DNA of 64,000 nt from Clostridia bacterium (GTDB taxonomy: Bacteria > Bacillota > Clostridia > TANB77 > CAG-508), in the NCBI GenBank assembly GCA_017536685.1, contig JAFXGW010000009.1, positions 15,660-79,659 of the forward strand, written 5' to 3'. The position numbers were made by a program, and so were the translations under genes. Below, piece by piece: positions 8,786 to 16,977 of the stretch (position 1 is the first letter of the stretch; each line of letters starts with the position of its first letter). The notes under the pieces were generated by a model. The model worked only from the letters and a program-made list of their open reading frames with translations, was not told the origin of the DNA and searched no databases.

Positions 8786-11301
8786 TGAAAAAAATTATAA
8801 GTAAAATACTGATAATTTTTATAATAGCAATATTAATGTTTGAGTTTTGCTTCTCAAGCAATATTTCCTATGCGATGGATATTAGTCCTGAATTTATTAA
8901 TGGCTTAACGAGCTTAGCTGGTGGCCTTGTTGCTTATGGAATTTGGTTTCAAAGAATAATTGCTGTTGCAATATCTTCGGTATTTAATGAACTTTTATCA
9001 GTTTCATTTGCTGGTAGTTGTGATGTTAATTGGGGATCAAAACTTGCTTTTGCAACACCATTTGCTATATTTTTTAATAAATATAAATTATTTGATGTTA
9101 ATATATTTGATATTACTGGAACTAATAATGTTTTAAATAATATTAGAAGAGGTACGGCTAGCTGGTTCTACATTATGAGAAATTTTTCAGCTTCGATATT
9201 ACTTTGTATATTAATATATGTTGGAATAAGAATGGCAATCTCAACAGTTGCTGAAGATAAGGCAAAATACAAAAAGATGTTTTTTGATTGGTGCTGTAGT
9301 TTGGCTTTGATATTTGTTTTACAATATATTGCTATTTTTACAATATATGCAAACAATGCTATTGTTGATGCTTTAAAGACATTACATAATGGAAGCGATT
9401 TAGATGAGGCTATTGGAAAAATTGCTTTGCAAGCACTTATGCCAGTTGGAACGGTAAGTATAGTTGCTACTTTTGTATATGTTATGATTGTTTTCCAAAC
9501 AATTTCGTTTATGATAGCATATATGCAACGTGTTTTGAAAGTTGCATTCTTATTAATAATATCTCCACTAATATCAATAACATATTCAATTGATAAAATG
9601 GGAGATGGAAAAGCCCAAGCACTAAATGCATGGCTTAAAGAATTTGTTTATACAATATTAATACAACCATTTCATTGCATAATTTATATGGCTTTTGTTA
9701 ATGCAGCAGTTGCTTTGTTGCCAAATAATACAATTTTGGGTACTTTTGCAAGTTTATTTGCAACAGAGTATAATCAATTAGCAAATGGAATGTTAGTTGT
9801 GCTTTGCTTAAAATTCGTGAATGATGGTGAAAAAGCTATTAGGAAAATATTCGGATTCCAAGATGATGGTAACTTAACATCTATGGCTGCAGGAGCTGTT
9901 GTTGGTATTGCTGTATTAAAAAATGCTCAAAAAATTGGTACATCAACAATAAAAGGAATAAATGGTGCCAAAAATTTCGCAACAGCTTTAAAAGGAAATA
10001 TAGGCGAAGATGCAAAGAATTTTAGAGATAAGTTTCCTGATGCTAAATTTAGTAATACAAAAGTAGGTAAATGGGCTAAAGGAGTAACGTATGGAATTAA
10101 AACTTCAGATAAATTACCAGCAAAAGCATTAAGAAAAGCTGGTGGAGCTGCTAAAAATGTAGGAAAATGGACAGGAAATAAATTTAATTCTTATAAAAAA
10201 TGGAGTGATAATTTCCATGATAAGTTAGGAAAAGAAGCAAATGATCCAAATAAAAATAGATTAATAACTGGTGCTAAGAGCTGGCTTGCAAAAGGAGTTC
10301 CTACTTCTCATAATTTAATGAATGCAATGCCAGGTGCCCTTGGACTTATGGCAGGTGCAATGTCTTATGCAACAGGTACTTCTGGAGCAATGGAAGCTCT
10401 AGGTATGGGAGCAGGATTCCAAAAAGGAGCAGAAGCGCTATTTAGTTCAACTTTAGGAACCACAAGCGATACATTAAGAGAAGAAGATGATAAGCGTGAA
10501 GAAGCACAGTTAGAACAAGAAAAATACAATAAAAATTCAGCTGTAATGGCAGCTGCAACAGATGCTACAGGTAAAGTTAATCCAGATTACAATTCGGATG
10601 ACAAAATTAATGCAGAAGCTCAAAAATATGCAAATTGTATTAACGATGTAGCTCGTTTAGAAGAGCTTTCTAATAAGAGCGAATTGACAAAGGAAGAAGA
10701 AAAAGAAAAAGCTGCATTAGAAAAGTCAAAACCAGAAGAGAAGAAGAAAGCGTTAGAAGCAAAATATGAAAAAGATGGTGTATTAGAAGCAATGCAAGCT
10801 AGGGCTGAATTGGATACTAGAAAAGGAAAAGAAGAATTCAAAAAGAAAAGAAGAGAGAAAAATACAATAGAAGGTAAAGCACTTAGTGCAAAAGAGCTTG
10901 AAGCCAAAGCTGATACATTATTACAAGCAATAATGGAATTAAAATTAAAACAAAAACAAAATGACCCAGAAGTGGATTCAGATATGAAAAATGTTTTAAC
11001 AGATAATGATGTTAGTAGTGCAGAGAAAACATTAGATACCTTAAAACAAACTATTGATAGAAGCTTTGTTTACGGTAGTGGCGGTTCATTTGATATGAGT
11101 AGAATGCTACAACAAGAAATGGGATTAGAAGATGATGGTTCAGAAACATATCAATCTGTAGTAAGAGCTGCATTAGATTATAGAGCAGGAATAGCGAATA
11201 ATAGAGCTGAAGCAGTATATCAAAATTGGGGAAAATTAAATGGAACAAGAGATTCATTAGCTAAAAGAGCTCATAATATAGAAATTCCTCATGAAGATTA
11301 A
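8785..11301 (+). CDS. polytopic membrane protein (838 aa), paralog 3 of the trio
   Basis: It has the same ATAGTGAAAAAAA stop/start overlap as paralog 2. It has a signal-peptide-like N-terminus. Its conserved blocks are near-identical to paralog 2: WFYIMRNFSASILLCILIYVGIRMAISTVAEDKAKYKKMFFDW and ISPLISITYSIDKMGDGKAQALNAWLKEFVYTILIQPFHCIIYMAF. The tail is K/E-rich. Confidence 0.85.
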   Translation: MKKIISKILIIFIIAILMFEFCFSSNISYAMDISPEFINGLTSLAGGLVAYGIWFQRIIAVAISSVFNELLSVSFAGSCDVNWGSKLAFATPFAIFFNKYKLFDVNIFDITGTNNVLNNIRRGTASWFYIMRNFSASILLCILIYVGIRMAISTVAEDKAKYKKMFFDWCCSLALIFVLQYIAIFTIYANNAIVDALKTLHNGSDLDEAIGKIALQALMPVGTVSIVATFVYVMIVFQTISFMIAYMQRVLKVAFLLIISPLISITYSIDKMGDGKAQALNAWLKEFVYTILIQPFHCIIYMAFVNAAVALLPNNTILGTFASLFATEYNQLANGMLVVLCLKFVNDGEKAIRKIFGFQDDGNLTSMAAGAVVGIAVLKNAQKIGTSTIKGINGAKNFATALKGNIGEDAKNFRDKFPDAKFSNTKVGKWAKGVTYGIKTSDKLPAKALRKAGGAAKNVGKWTGNKFNSYKKWSDNFHDKLGKEANDPNKNRLITGAKSWLAKGVPTSHNLMNAMPGALGLMAGAMSYATGTSGAMEALGMGAGFQKGAEALFSSTLGTTSDTLREEDDKREEAQLEQEKYNKNSAVMAAATDATGKVNPDYNSDDKINAEAQKYANCINDVARLEELSNKSELTKEEEKEKAALEKSKPEEKKKALEAKYEKDGVLEAMQARAELDTRKGKEEFKKKRREKNTIEGKALSAKELEAKADTLLQAIMELKLKQKQNDPEVDSDMKNVLTDNDVSSAEKTLDTLKQTIDRSFVYGSGGSFDMSRMLQQEMGLEDDGSETYQSVVRAALDYRAGIANNRAEAVYQNWGKLNGTRDSLAKRAHNIEIPHED

Positions 11302-11330
11302 TAATTAAATAAAATAGGAGAGTAATTATT

Positions 11331-11843
11331 ATGAAAAAAACAAACAATAAATTTGTAATAGCTGGTCTTGGAATAATTGCAGTACTTTTAGTAATAGTTT
11401 TGAATTTGAAGATTCAAAATAAAGAACCAGATTATGAGAACATGTCTGAAGATGAAATTGATATTGCAATTGAAGAAAAAGTTGAAGATGTAAGACTAAA
11501 AAATCTTGCAAAACTAGAGGAAGGAGACAGAATTCAACACTATGCTTCAGACTTTATGGAAAAAGTTGACCTTGGAAAATTTGAAGAAGCATACAATTTA
11601 TTGTATGAAGAATTTAAAAATAATTACTTTCCAACTTTAGCTAGTTTTGAGGAGTATGCAAAAAATAAGTTTCCTACTACTATGACTTTAGAGCATACTA
11701 ATATTGAAAGAAATGGTGATATATACGTTATTTGGACAACTATGTATGATTTAATGAAAGGTAAAGATGCTGGTATTGAAATGAATTTTGTAGTTCAAGA
11801 AAAGGGCTTGAATGATTTTGTTTTATCATTCTCAGTTATTTAG
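11331..11843 (+). CDS. N-terminally membrane-anchored small protein (170 aa), function unknown
   Basis: An AGGAGAG RBS precedes the ATG. There is a single N-terminal TM segment (FVIAGLGIIAVLLVIVLNL). The ectodomain carries the pattern GKFEEAYNLLYEEFKNNYF...FEEYAKNKF, which is also seen in the next gene. Confidence 0.7.
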   Translation: MKKTNNKFVIAGLGIIAVLLVIVLNLKIQNKEPDYENMSEDEIDIAIEEKVEDVRLKNLAKLEEGDRIQHYASDFMEKVDLGKFEEAYNLLYEEFKNNYFPTLASFEEYAKNKFPTTMTLEHTNIERNGDIYVIWTTMYDLMKGKDAGIEMNFVVQEKGLNDFVLSFSVI

Positions 11844-11857
11844 AAAGGAATGTAAAT

Positions 11858-12829
11858 ATGAATGTTACAGAATTAAGATTAAAAATTAGACACTTTTTTA
11901 GAAAATATAGAAAAGTAATAATTATAGGATTAATAATTTGGGCTATAATATTTTTAGTTAATCAAATAATAATGAATATGCCTAAAAACTATGAACCAGA
12001 AACTTCTTATGATGCACATACTTCAATAATGAGCACTTCAAGTAAAACGCCAAAATCTATGAGGCAACCAATAGAAAATGTTATAAAAGAATATGTTGAT
12101 TATTTGAATGAAGGAAATTTTCAAAGTGCTTTTAATATGTTGTCAGATGATTGCAAAAGATATGGTTTTAATTACGATATTAATGAATATATGAAACATG
12201 TATTTACTAAAATGCCAACACCAAAACAATATGCTATTCAAAATTATTCAAATATTAAATATGGTAAAAAGGATATGTATATTTATGAAGTCAGATATTT
12301 TGATGATTTTTTAGCAACAGGTTTAACTAATTCGAAATATGAATATACTTCAGAAGATATTACTTTCTATTATGGTGATAATGGATTGGAAATGAATGTT
12401 GGAAATTACATATATCATACAGATATAAAAAATATTTCAGAAAATGATTATTTAAAAATTGATGTTATTGATAAAGTGGTTAATTATAGTATAGAAACTT
12501 ATGAAGTGAAATTTACTAATAGATCTGATTATATTGTAGTTGTTGCTGATGGTGTGGAAGAGGATGAAGTTCAACTTCTATTACCTAACGAAACAAGGCA
12601 ACCTTCAGAATTTACAGATATAATATTAGGACCAGATGAATCTATAACAGCCAAATTTACTTTCCCTAAATTTGTTGATGATGGAGATATGGCATTATCT
12701 TTAGTATTCTCTGCAGTTAGAGTAATGGAAAAATATTCTGGAACTGAAGACGTAGATGAAGCTGTTATTCAAGAGGAAATAAATAATGCGATTTCTAAAT
12801 TTAGTATGGAAGTTGCTATAACAGAATAA
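11858..12829 (+). CDS. N-terminally membrane-anchored protein (323 aa), function unknown
   Basis: A GAAAGGAA RBS precedes the start. There is a single N-terminal TM segment (VIIIGLIIWAIIFLVNQII). The membrane-proximal module (GNFQSAFNMLSDDCKRYGF...INEYMKHVF) resembles the preceding gene, and a further beta-rich domain follows. A strong terminator lies downstream. Confidence 0.7.
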   Translation: MNVTELRLKIRHFFRKYRKVIIIGLIIWAIIFLVNQIIMNMPKNYEPETSYDAHTSIMSTSSKTPKSMRQPIENVIKEYVDYLNEGNFQSAFNMLSDDCKRYGFNYDINEYMKHVFTKMPTPKQYAIQNYSNIKYGKKDMYIYEVRYFDDFLATGLTNSKYEYTSEDITFYYGDNGLEMNVGNYIYHTDIKNISENDYLKIDVIDKVVNYSIETYEVKFTNRSDYIVVVADGVEEDEVQLLLPNETRQPSEFTDIILGPDESITAKFTFPKFVDDGDMALSLVFSAVRVMEKYSGTEDVDEAVIQEEINNAISKFSMEVAITE

Positions 12830-12890
12830 AGATTAATATGAATTTATTAATTAGATGATTTGAAAATATTAATAAATAAAATTAAATAAA

Positions 12891-12946
12891 AAAACATCTT
12901 TTATATAAGTAAGCTTAAAGCTACTATTATAAAAGATGTTTTTTCT
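12891..12946. terminator. bidirectional rho-independent terminator between convergent genes
   Basis: A perfect 15-bp stem, AAAACATCTTTTATA (12891-12905) pairing with TATAAAAGATGTTTT (12928-12942), is flanked by an A-run on the left and a T-run on the right. Confidence 0.8.
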
Positions 12947-12953
12947 TATTAAA

Positions 12954-13130
12954 TTATTTTTGTTTAGTATTTTTTGATTTTTTTTCATTTTTCTTTTTTT
13001 GACGATAATTTTTCCACCATTCGTATACTACGCCACCTTCTTTAAGACTTCCAGATGTCCTTCCCCAATACCAAAAGAACCCAATGAAAGTAAGTAGAGC
13101 TAGAATTATATACATAAGAAATTTTTCCAT
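12954..13130 (-). CDS. small membrane peptide (58 aa), absent from the ORF track because it is under 60 aa
   Basis: My minus-strand translation is MEKFLMYIILALLTFIGFFWYWGRTSGSLKEGGVVYEWWKNYRQKKKNEKKSKNTKQK. A GAGGT RBS lies about 8 nt upstream of the ATG. The peptide has one TM helix and a lysine-rich tail. It ends at the bidirectional terminator. Confidence 0.5.
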   Translation of the reverse strand: MEKFLMYIILALLTFIGFFWYWGRTSGSLKEGGVVYEWWKNYRQKKKNEKKSKNTKQK

Positions 13131-13487
13131 AAATTTACCTCATTTAATTTTACATAATTTTATATAAATATTATAAAATTTTATGATTGAAAAATCAATA
13201 GGAAATAAATAATTTTATAATTAAACCAATGTAGCATATATTTATAAAATAAATTGATATTGAAATTGCAGTTTATTTTTATGCTTATAAATAGACTATA
13301 TAAAATAACTATAAATAACTGTAAGATTAAAATTATTAATTTTATGACAAAAAATTGATAGGAGTTAGTAAATAGAACATAATAAAAATTATTCTTTATT
13401 ATAAGAAAGTGTTAATATTTTAATTCAAAAAATATATAAATAATTAATATTGTAATCAAAATGTAAAAGGATTACCATAAAAAACTA

Positions 13488-13516
13488 TTGATAAGATATA
13501 TTAAATACTATACAAT
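13488..13516 (+). promoter_or_regulatory. sigma-A-like promoter for the hydrolase gene
   Basis: TTGATA (13488-13493), a 17-bp spacer, then TACAAT (13511-13516). Confidence 0.4.
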
Positions 13517-13568
13517 ATAATTGTAAAAATAGATTTTGAAGCACTAATGAAAGGAGGAAGTAAATAAA

Positions 13569-14891
13569 ATGAGTAAGTATGATAGAGACTATTTAGAAGA
13601 AGCAAAAAGACTTCCGGACCTTTTTAGAGAGATTCAAGATATAAAATATGGACGAGCCGAGGCACAAGTATTAGAACGAGATAAAGAAACAATAAATTTT
13701 AATAGAATATATGTTGTTGATCATAGATTTAACGCAGCTGGAGTAATAATTGGAATATTATTTTTGATATTATTTTCTACAGCAATTCATGGCAATTATA
13801 TATTTGCCAAAACTGATGAAGAAAAGATTGCGATAGGAAAATTTGAAGAAAATAAAAAATCAATAAATATGATGGACACAATTTCAACCAATATTAGTGC
13901 TTTTACAAAAAAAGAGATTATTAGTAAAGAAATTGATATTGCATATGAAACTAAATATGTAGAAACAGATTTATTGCCTAAGGATGAACAAAAAATTATT
14001 CAAAGTGGATCAAATGGAAAAATTGAACAAACGTTGATATTAAGCTATGAAAATGGTGAATTATTAAGTGAAGAAGTAATAAATGAGTGTACTGTTTCTG
14101 AACCAATTAAAGAAATAATAGAGGTAGGGACTTCAGAATTCTTATATAAGAATAAGGTTCATGTGGGAGATTTAATGTATACACTTGAAGAGATAGATAT
14201 TTTCTCAAATGAGAACTTAGAAGAAACTTTAGGTTACATATATCCATATATAGATTTAAAAATACTTTCGGAGAAAGATGGGGTAGCCAAAGTTTTAGTA
14301 GATGGTACGGAAGGATTTGTTAAAGCGAATAAAATTACTTCAGAAGCAATGACACCAGGAATTAAAGAAAAGAGTAGAATACAAAGAATTGTTGTTAATG
14401 TTAATCCAGATATGAAATTAAATAAACCAAGTGGTCTTACAAAAGATGACTTCAAAAAAATTTTTTCTGGAAATGCTAATGATACGAATAAGATTTTTGA
14501 AGAAAATGCTACAGTGTTTTTTGAAATGGAACAGATGTATAATGTTAATGGCATTTTTATAGCGGCAATAGGAATTCATGAAAGTAATTGGGGAACATCG
14601 AATATAGCGATTCAAAAGAAGAATTTATTTGGTTATGGTTCTTATGATTCATCTTCTTATGAATCTTCATACATATTTGATAGTTATGAAGATGGAATTG
14701 ATGTAGTTACAAGAACCATGGCTAAGAATTATTTAAATGAACGAGGCACAGAAATTTTTGATGATCAAATTGCAGATGGTACATATTATAATGGCCCTAC
14801 AATTTCGGGCGTAAATGTTAGATATGCTAGTGATTCTAATTGGGCAACAAGAGTTTACGAAATAATGCTTTCACTATATAAAAAGTTATAA
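13569..14891 (+). CDS. membrane-anchored peptidoglycan hydrolase (G5-like, SH3-like and N-acetylglucosaminidase domains)
   Basis: A GAAAGGAGGAAG RBS precedes the start. A cytoplasmic N-terminus of about 55 aa is followed by a TM segment (AAGVIIGILFLILFSTAI). The G5-like segment is YETKYVETDLLPKDEQKIIQSGSNGKIEQTLILSYENGELLSEEVINECTVSEPIKEIIEVGT. The SH3b-like segment is DGVAKVLVDGTEGFVKANKI. The C-terminal glucosaminidase-family signature is FIAAIGIHESNWGTSNIAIQKKNLFGYG. Confidence 0.8.
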   Translation: MSKYDRDYLEEAKRLPDLFREIQDIKYGRAEAQVLERDKETINFNRIYVVDHRFNAAGVIIGILFLILFSTAIHGNYIFAKTDEEKIAIGKFEENKKSINMMDTISTNISAFTKKEIISKEIDIAYETKYVETDLLPKDEQKIIQSGSNGKIEQTLILSYENGELLSEEVINECTVSEPIKEIIEVGTSEFLYKNKVHVGDLMYTLEEIDIFSNENLEETLGYIYPYIDLKILSEKDGVAKVLVDGTEGFVKANKITSEAMTPGIKEKSRIQRIVVNVNPDMKLNKPSGLTKDDFKKIFSGNANDTNKIFEENATVFFEMEQMYNVNGIFIAAIGIHESNWGTSNIAIQKKNLFGYGSYDSSSYESSYIFDSYEDGIDVVTRTMAKNYLNERGTEIFDDQIADGTYYNGPTISGVNVRYASDSNWATRVYEIMLSLYKKL

Positions 14892-14913
14892 TTAGAAAAG
14901 GAATGATAAAAGT

Positions 14914-15741
14914 TTGAAAAAAAGAAAGATTAATACAGTTGCTATATTATTAATAAATATCGGACTATTAATATTTTCATTTTTTATATATAAATATATT
15001 TTTGAAGTAGAAACGTTAAAAAGAACTTATGCTGAAGAGACAACAAAATTTATTGAAGAAAATGAAAATCCTGTATTTAAAATTGGTCAAATAATTTTAT
15101 ATAGTAGTGCATTTGCTAATGATAATAGTAATGGAGATTTAAAGGATATTGATATAAGTCAATTTACTGATATAGAAATTTATATAGATAATAAATCTAA
15201 AGTTGAAGAAATAACAGCAGAAAATACAATAAATGAAATGTATATAAGTAATATAAAAATCGAGAGTACAAAAGAAGATGAGGAAAAGATTTTTAATTAT
15301 AAAAATCCACAAAAATGTGGTAAATATGTGGATTTATCAAATTGGGAAGCTGATGGTATTTTATTCAATATTATTCGTACTAATGAAGAAAATGAAAGTG
15401 CAAATTATGATCAAAATATATTTTTTACAGATTGTTCGAATCCAATTTCTTTAGGGTATATAAATAGGAATATATTAGAAGGCTGCGAAGTGAGCAAAGA
15501 TGTTGGAACTGTGAATTTTGATGGGACAATATTGAAAAGTGCAGGAATTGATGTGGAGGATTTAAAAACCAAAATAAGTTTTTCAATTAATATAACAAAT
15601 AATTATAATGAAAAATTCGTATGTAATTTAGATCTTGATGTGGACTTAGAAAGTGATGATGAAGGAATATATTCAGGATATTTAATAAAGATGTTAAATC
15701 CAGAAGGTGATAAATATAATTTTATAAAAGTTTTAGATTAG
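14914..15741 (+). CDS. N-terminally anchored protein (275 aa), paralog of the 17433..18161 product
   Basis: It uses a TTG start and has a single N-terminal TM segment. It aligns with the 242-aa product of 17433..18161: PVFKIGQIILYSS aligns with LPFSISKILVVST, and VNFDGTILKSAGIDVEDLKTKISFSINIT aligns with ITYDGKLLSNLGVTVPEIEFNVNFDVIIT. Confidence 0.7.
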   Translation: MKKRKINTVAILLINIGLLIFSFFIYKYIFEVETLKRTYAEETTKFIEENENPVFKIGQIILYSSAFANDNSNGDLKDIDISQFTDIEIYIDNKSKVEEITAENTINEMYISNIKIESTKEDEEKIFNYKNPQKCGKYVDLSNWEADGILFNIIRTNEENESANYDQNIFFTDCSNPISLGYINRNILEGCEVSKDVGTVNFDGTILKSAGIDVEDLKTKISFSINITNNYNEKFVCNLDLDVDLESDDEGIYSGYLIKMLNPEGDKYNFIKVLD

Positions 15742-15835
15742 AAAATCAAGTTTAGTAAAGAGGAAACAAAAATAGGTGACCTTGACAGCTATACTTGATT
15801 TTTCTTATAAATACATATATAATATAAAAGTAAAT

Positions 15836-15911
<76 letters not shown>

Positions 15912-16011
15912 CATATTATAAAAAAATTAGACTAAGGGACTCGAAAAGGAGGCTGCCCGAACAAAGAGAGGGTTAAAATAGTCCAGTGGACTATTTTACC
16001 GACGCGGCTCG

Positions 16012-16042
16012 CGAGTCCCTTTGTGCACACCACATATTATAA
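16012..16042 (+). repeat. direct repeat copy 2 (orphan tRNA-Arg 3'-end fragment, att-like)
   Basis: CGAGTCCCTTTGTGCACACCACATATTATAA lies 90 nt downstream of the intact tRNA. No matching 5' tRNA half is present. Confidence 0.9.
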
Positions 16043-16083
16043 GTGCAAATAAGATAATAACTATGATATTAGATGGAGATAAT

Positions 16084-16905
16084 ATGAAAAAAAATTTTCT
16101 AAAAATTGTATTTATTATTTCATTTTTACCATATGTATTTATACTAATTCAGGGTATAATAGGGGCATTTACAGGTATATCTTTTTTCTATAATACTACA
16201 TATGGTTTTGATGCATTTGTTACAAGCACTTTGTTAATGCTCTATACTTTTTCTTTTAGTATACCGATTATTCCAATTTGCTTATTTTTTCAAGTTTGCT
16301 ATATTTTAAGGAAAAAAGTAGGAAAGGTTAAGAGCATTAGTTTAAAAAAGTATATAAAAATTTGTTGTATTATAGGAATGCTTATTATAATTTCTTTACT
16401 TATGTATTCATATTCTGCTAAAGTAGAAAGATTTATAGACAAAATTTGTGCAAAACAAATGATTAATAAATGTGATGAGAAGATCGGATATAAAAAAAGT
16501 ACTATTATAACTGGCGGAATTTTTGATATGCCAGAGTATCAATATAATCATATTCTTATAGATTACGATGAACCAGAAATTGGTTTAATTATGCATTCGG
16601 GTTATGATAGTTTTTGGAATACAAAATTACAAGAAACAACAAAAGATAGTTCAATATATCAACATATTATAAATGATTATTATATGCAAGTGAACTTACC
16701 ACTTGCATCTCCTGGGAAAAAACTTATAAGTTTTTATGAGGAAGACAGTGGAACACATCGTACGAAGGCTGTTTTGTTAATATATGAAGATGGAAAAATA
16801 TATTTTGCAGATGATATAAAGGAAAAAGATACAGGTCATTCTGTTTTCACAGCATTAAATTCAAGTGAATTCTTTGTTGGAGAAAAAATAAAGTTTAGTG
16901 AATAA
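16084..16905 (+). CDS. polytopic membrane protein with a C-terminal soluble domain, function unknown
   Basis: I moved the start to the ATG at 16084 (MKKNFLKIVFIISF...), which has a GGAGA RBS 5 nt upstream. The track start at 16021 lies inside the tRNA-derived repeat. There are about 4 TM helices, then a 150-aa hydrophilic domain. Confidence 0.65.
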   Translation: MKKNFLKIVFIISFLPYVFILIQGIIGAFTGISFFYNTTYGFDAFVTSTLLMLYTFSFSIPIIPICLFFQVCYILRKKVGKVKSISLKKYIKICCIIGMLIIISLLMYSYSAKVERFIDKICAKQMINKCDEKIGYKKSTIITGGIFDMPEYQYNHILIDYDEPEIGLIMHSGYDSFWNTKLQETTKDSSIYQHIINDYYMQVNLPLASPGKKLISFYEEDSGTHRTKAVLLIYEDGKIYFADDIKEKDTGHSVFTALNSSEFFVGEKIKFSE

Positions 16906-16977
16906 GAATTGAATGTTGTGAATTAAAAAATATATATGAGATTTATAAAACATTTGTCAATATAAGGAGTACATAGA

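Noticed and set aside
1-15835. Calling the whole left-hand locus an integrative conjugative element or prophage integrated at tRNA-Arg.
   Set aside because: No integrase, relaxase, coupling ATPase, VirB4-like ATPase or phage structural gene is visible in the window. The locus lies on the 5' side of the tRNA, whereas the att-like repeat is on the 3' side and encloses only 90 nt. The T4SS-like idea is kept only as a hypothesis in the findings.
16021-16083. N-terminal extension (MCTPHIISANKIITMILDGDN) of the 16021..16905 ORF.
   Set aside because: The first codons lie within the duplicated tRNA 3'-end fragment. There is no RBS there, whereas ATG 16084 has GGAGA upstream and begins a typical MKK... 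membrane-protein N-terminus.
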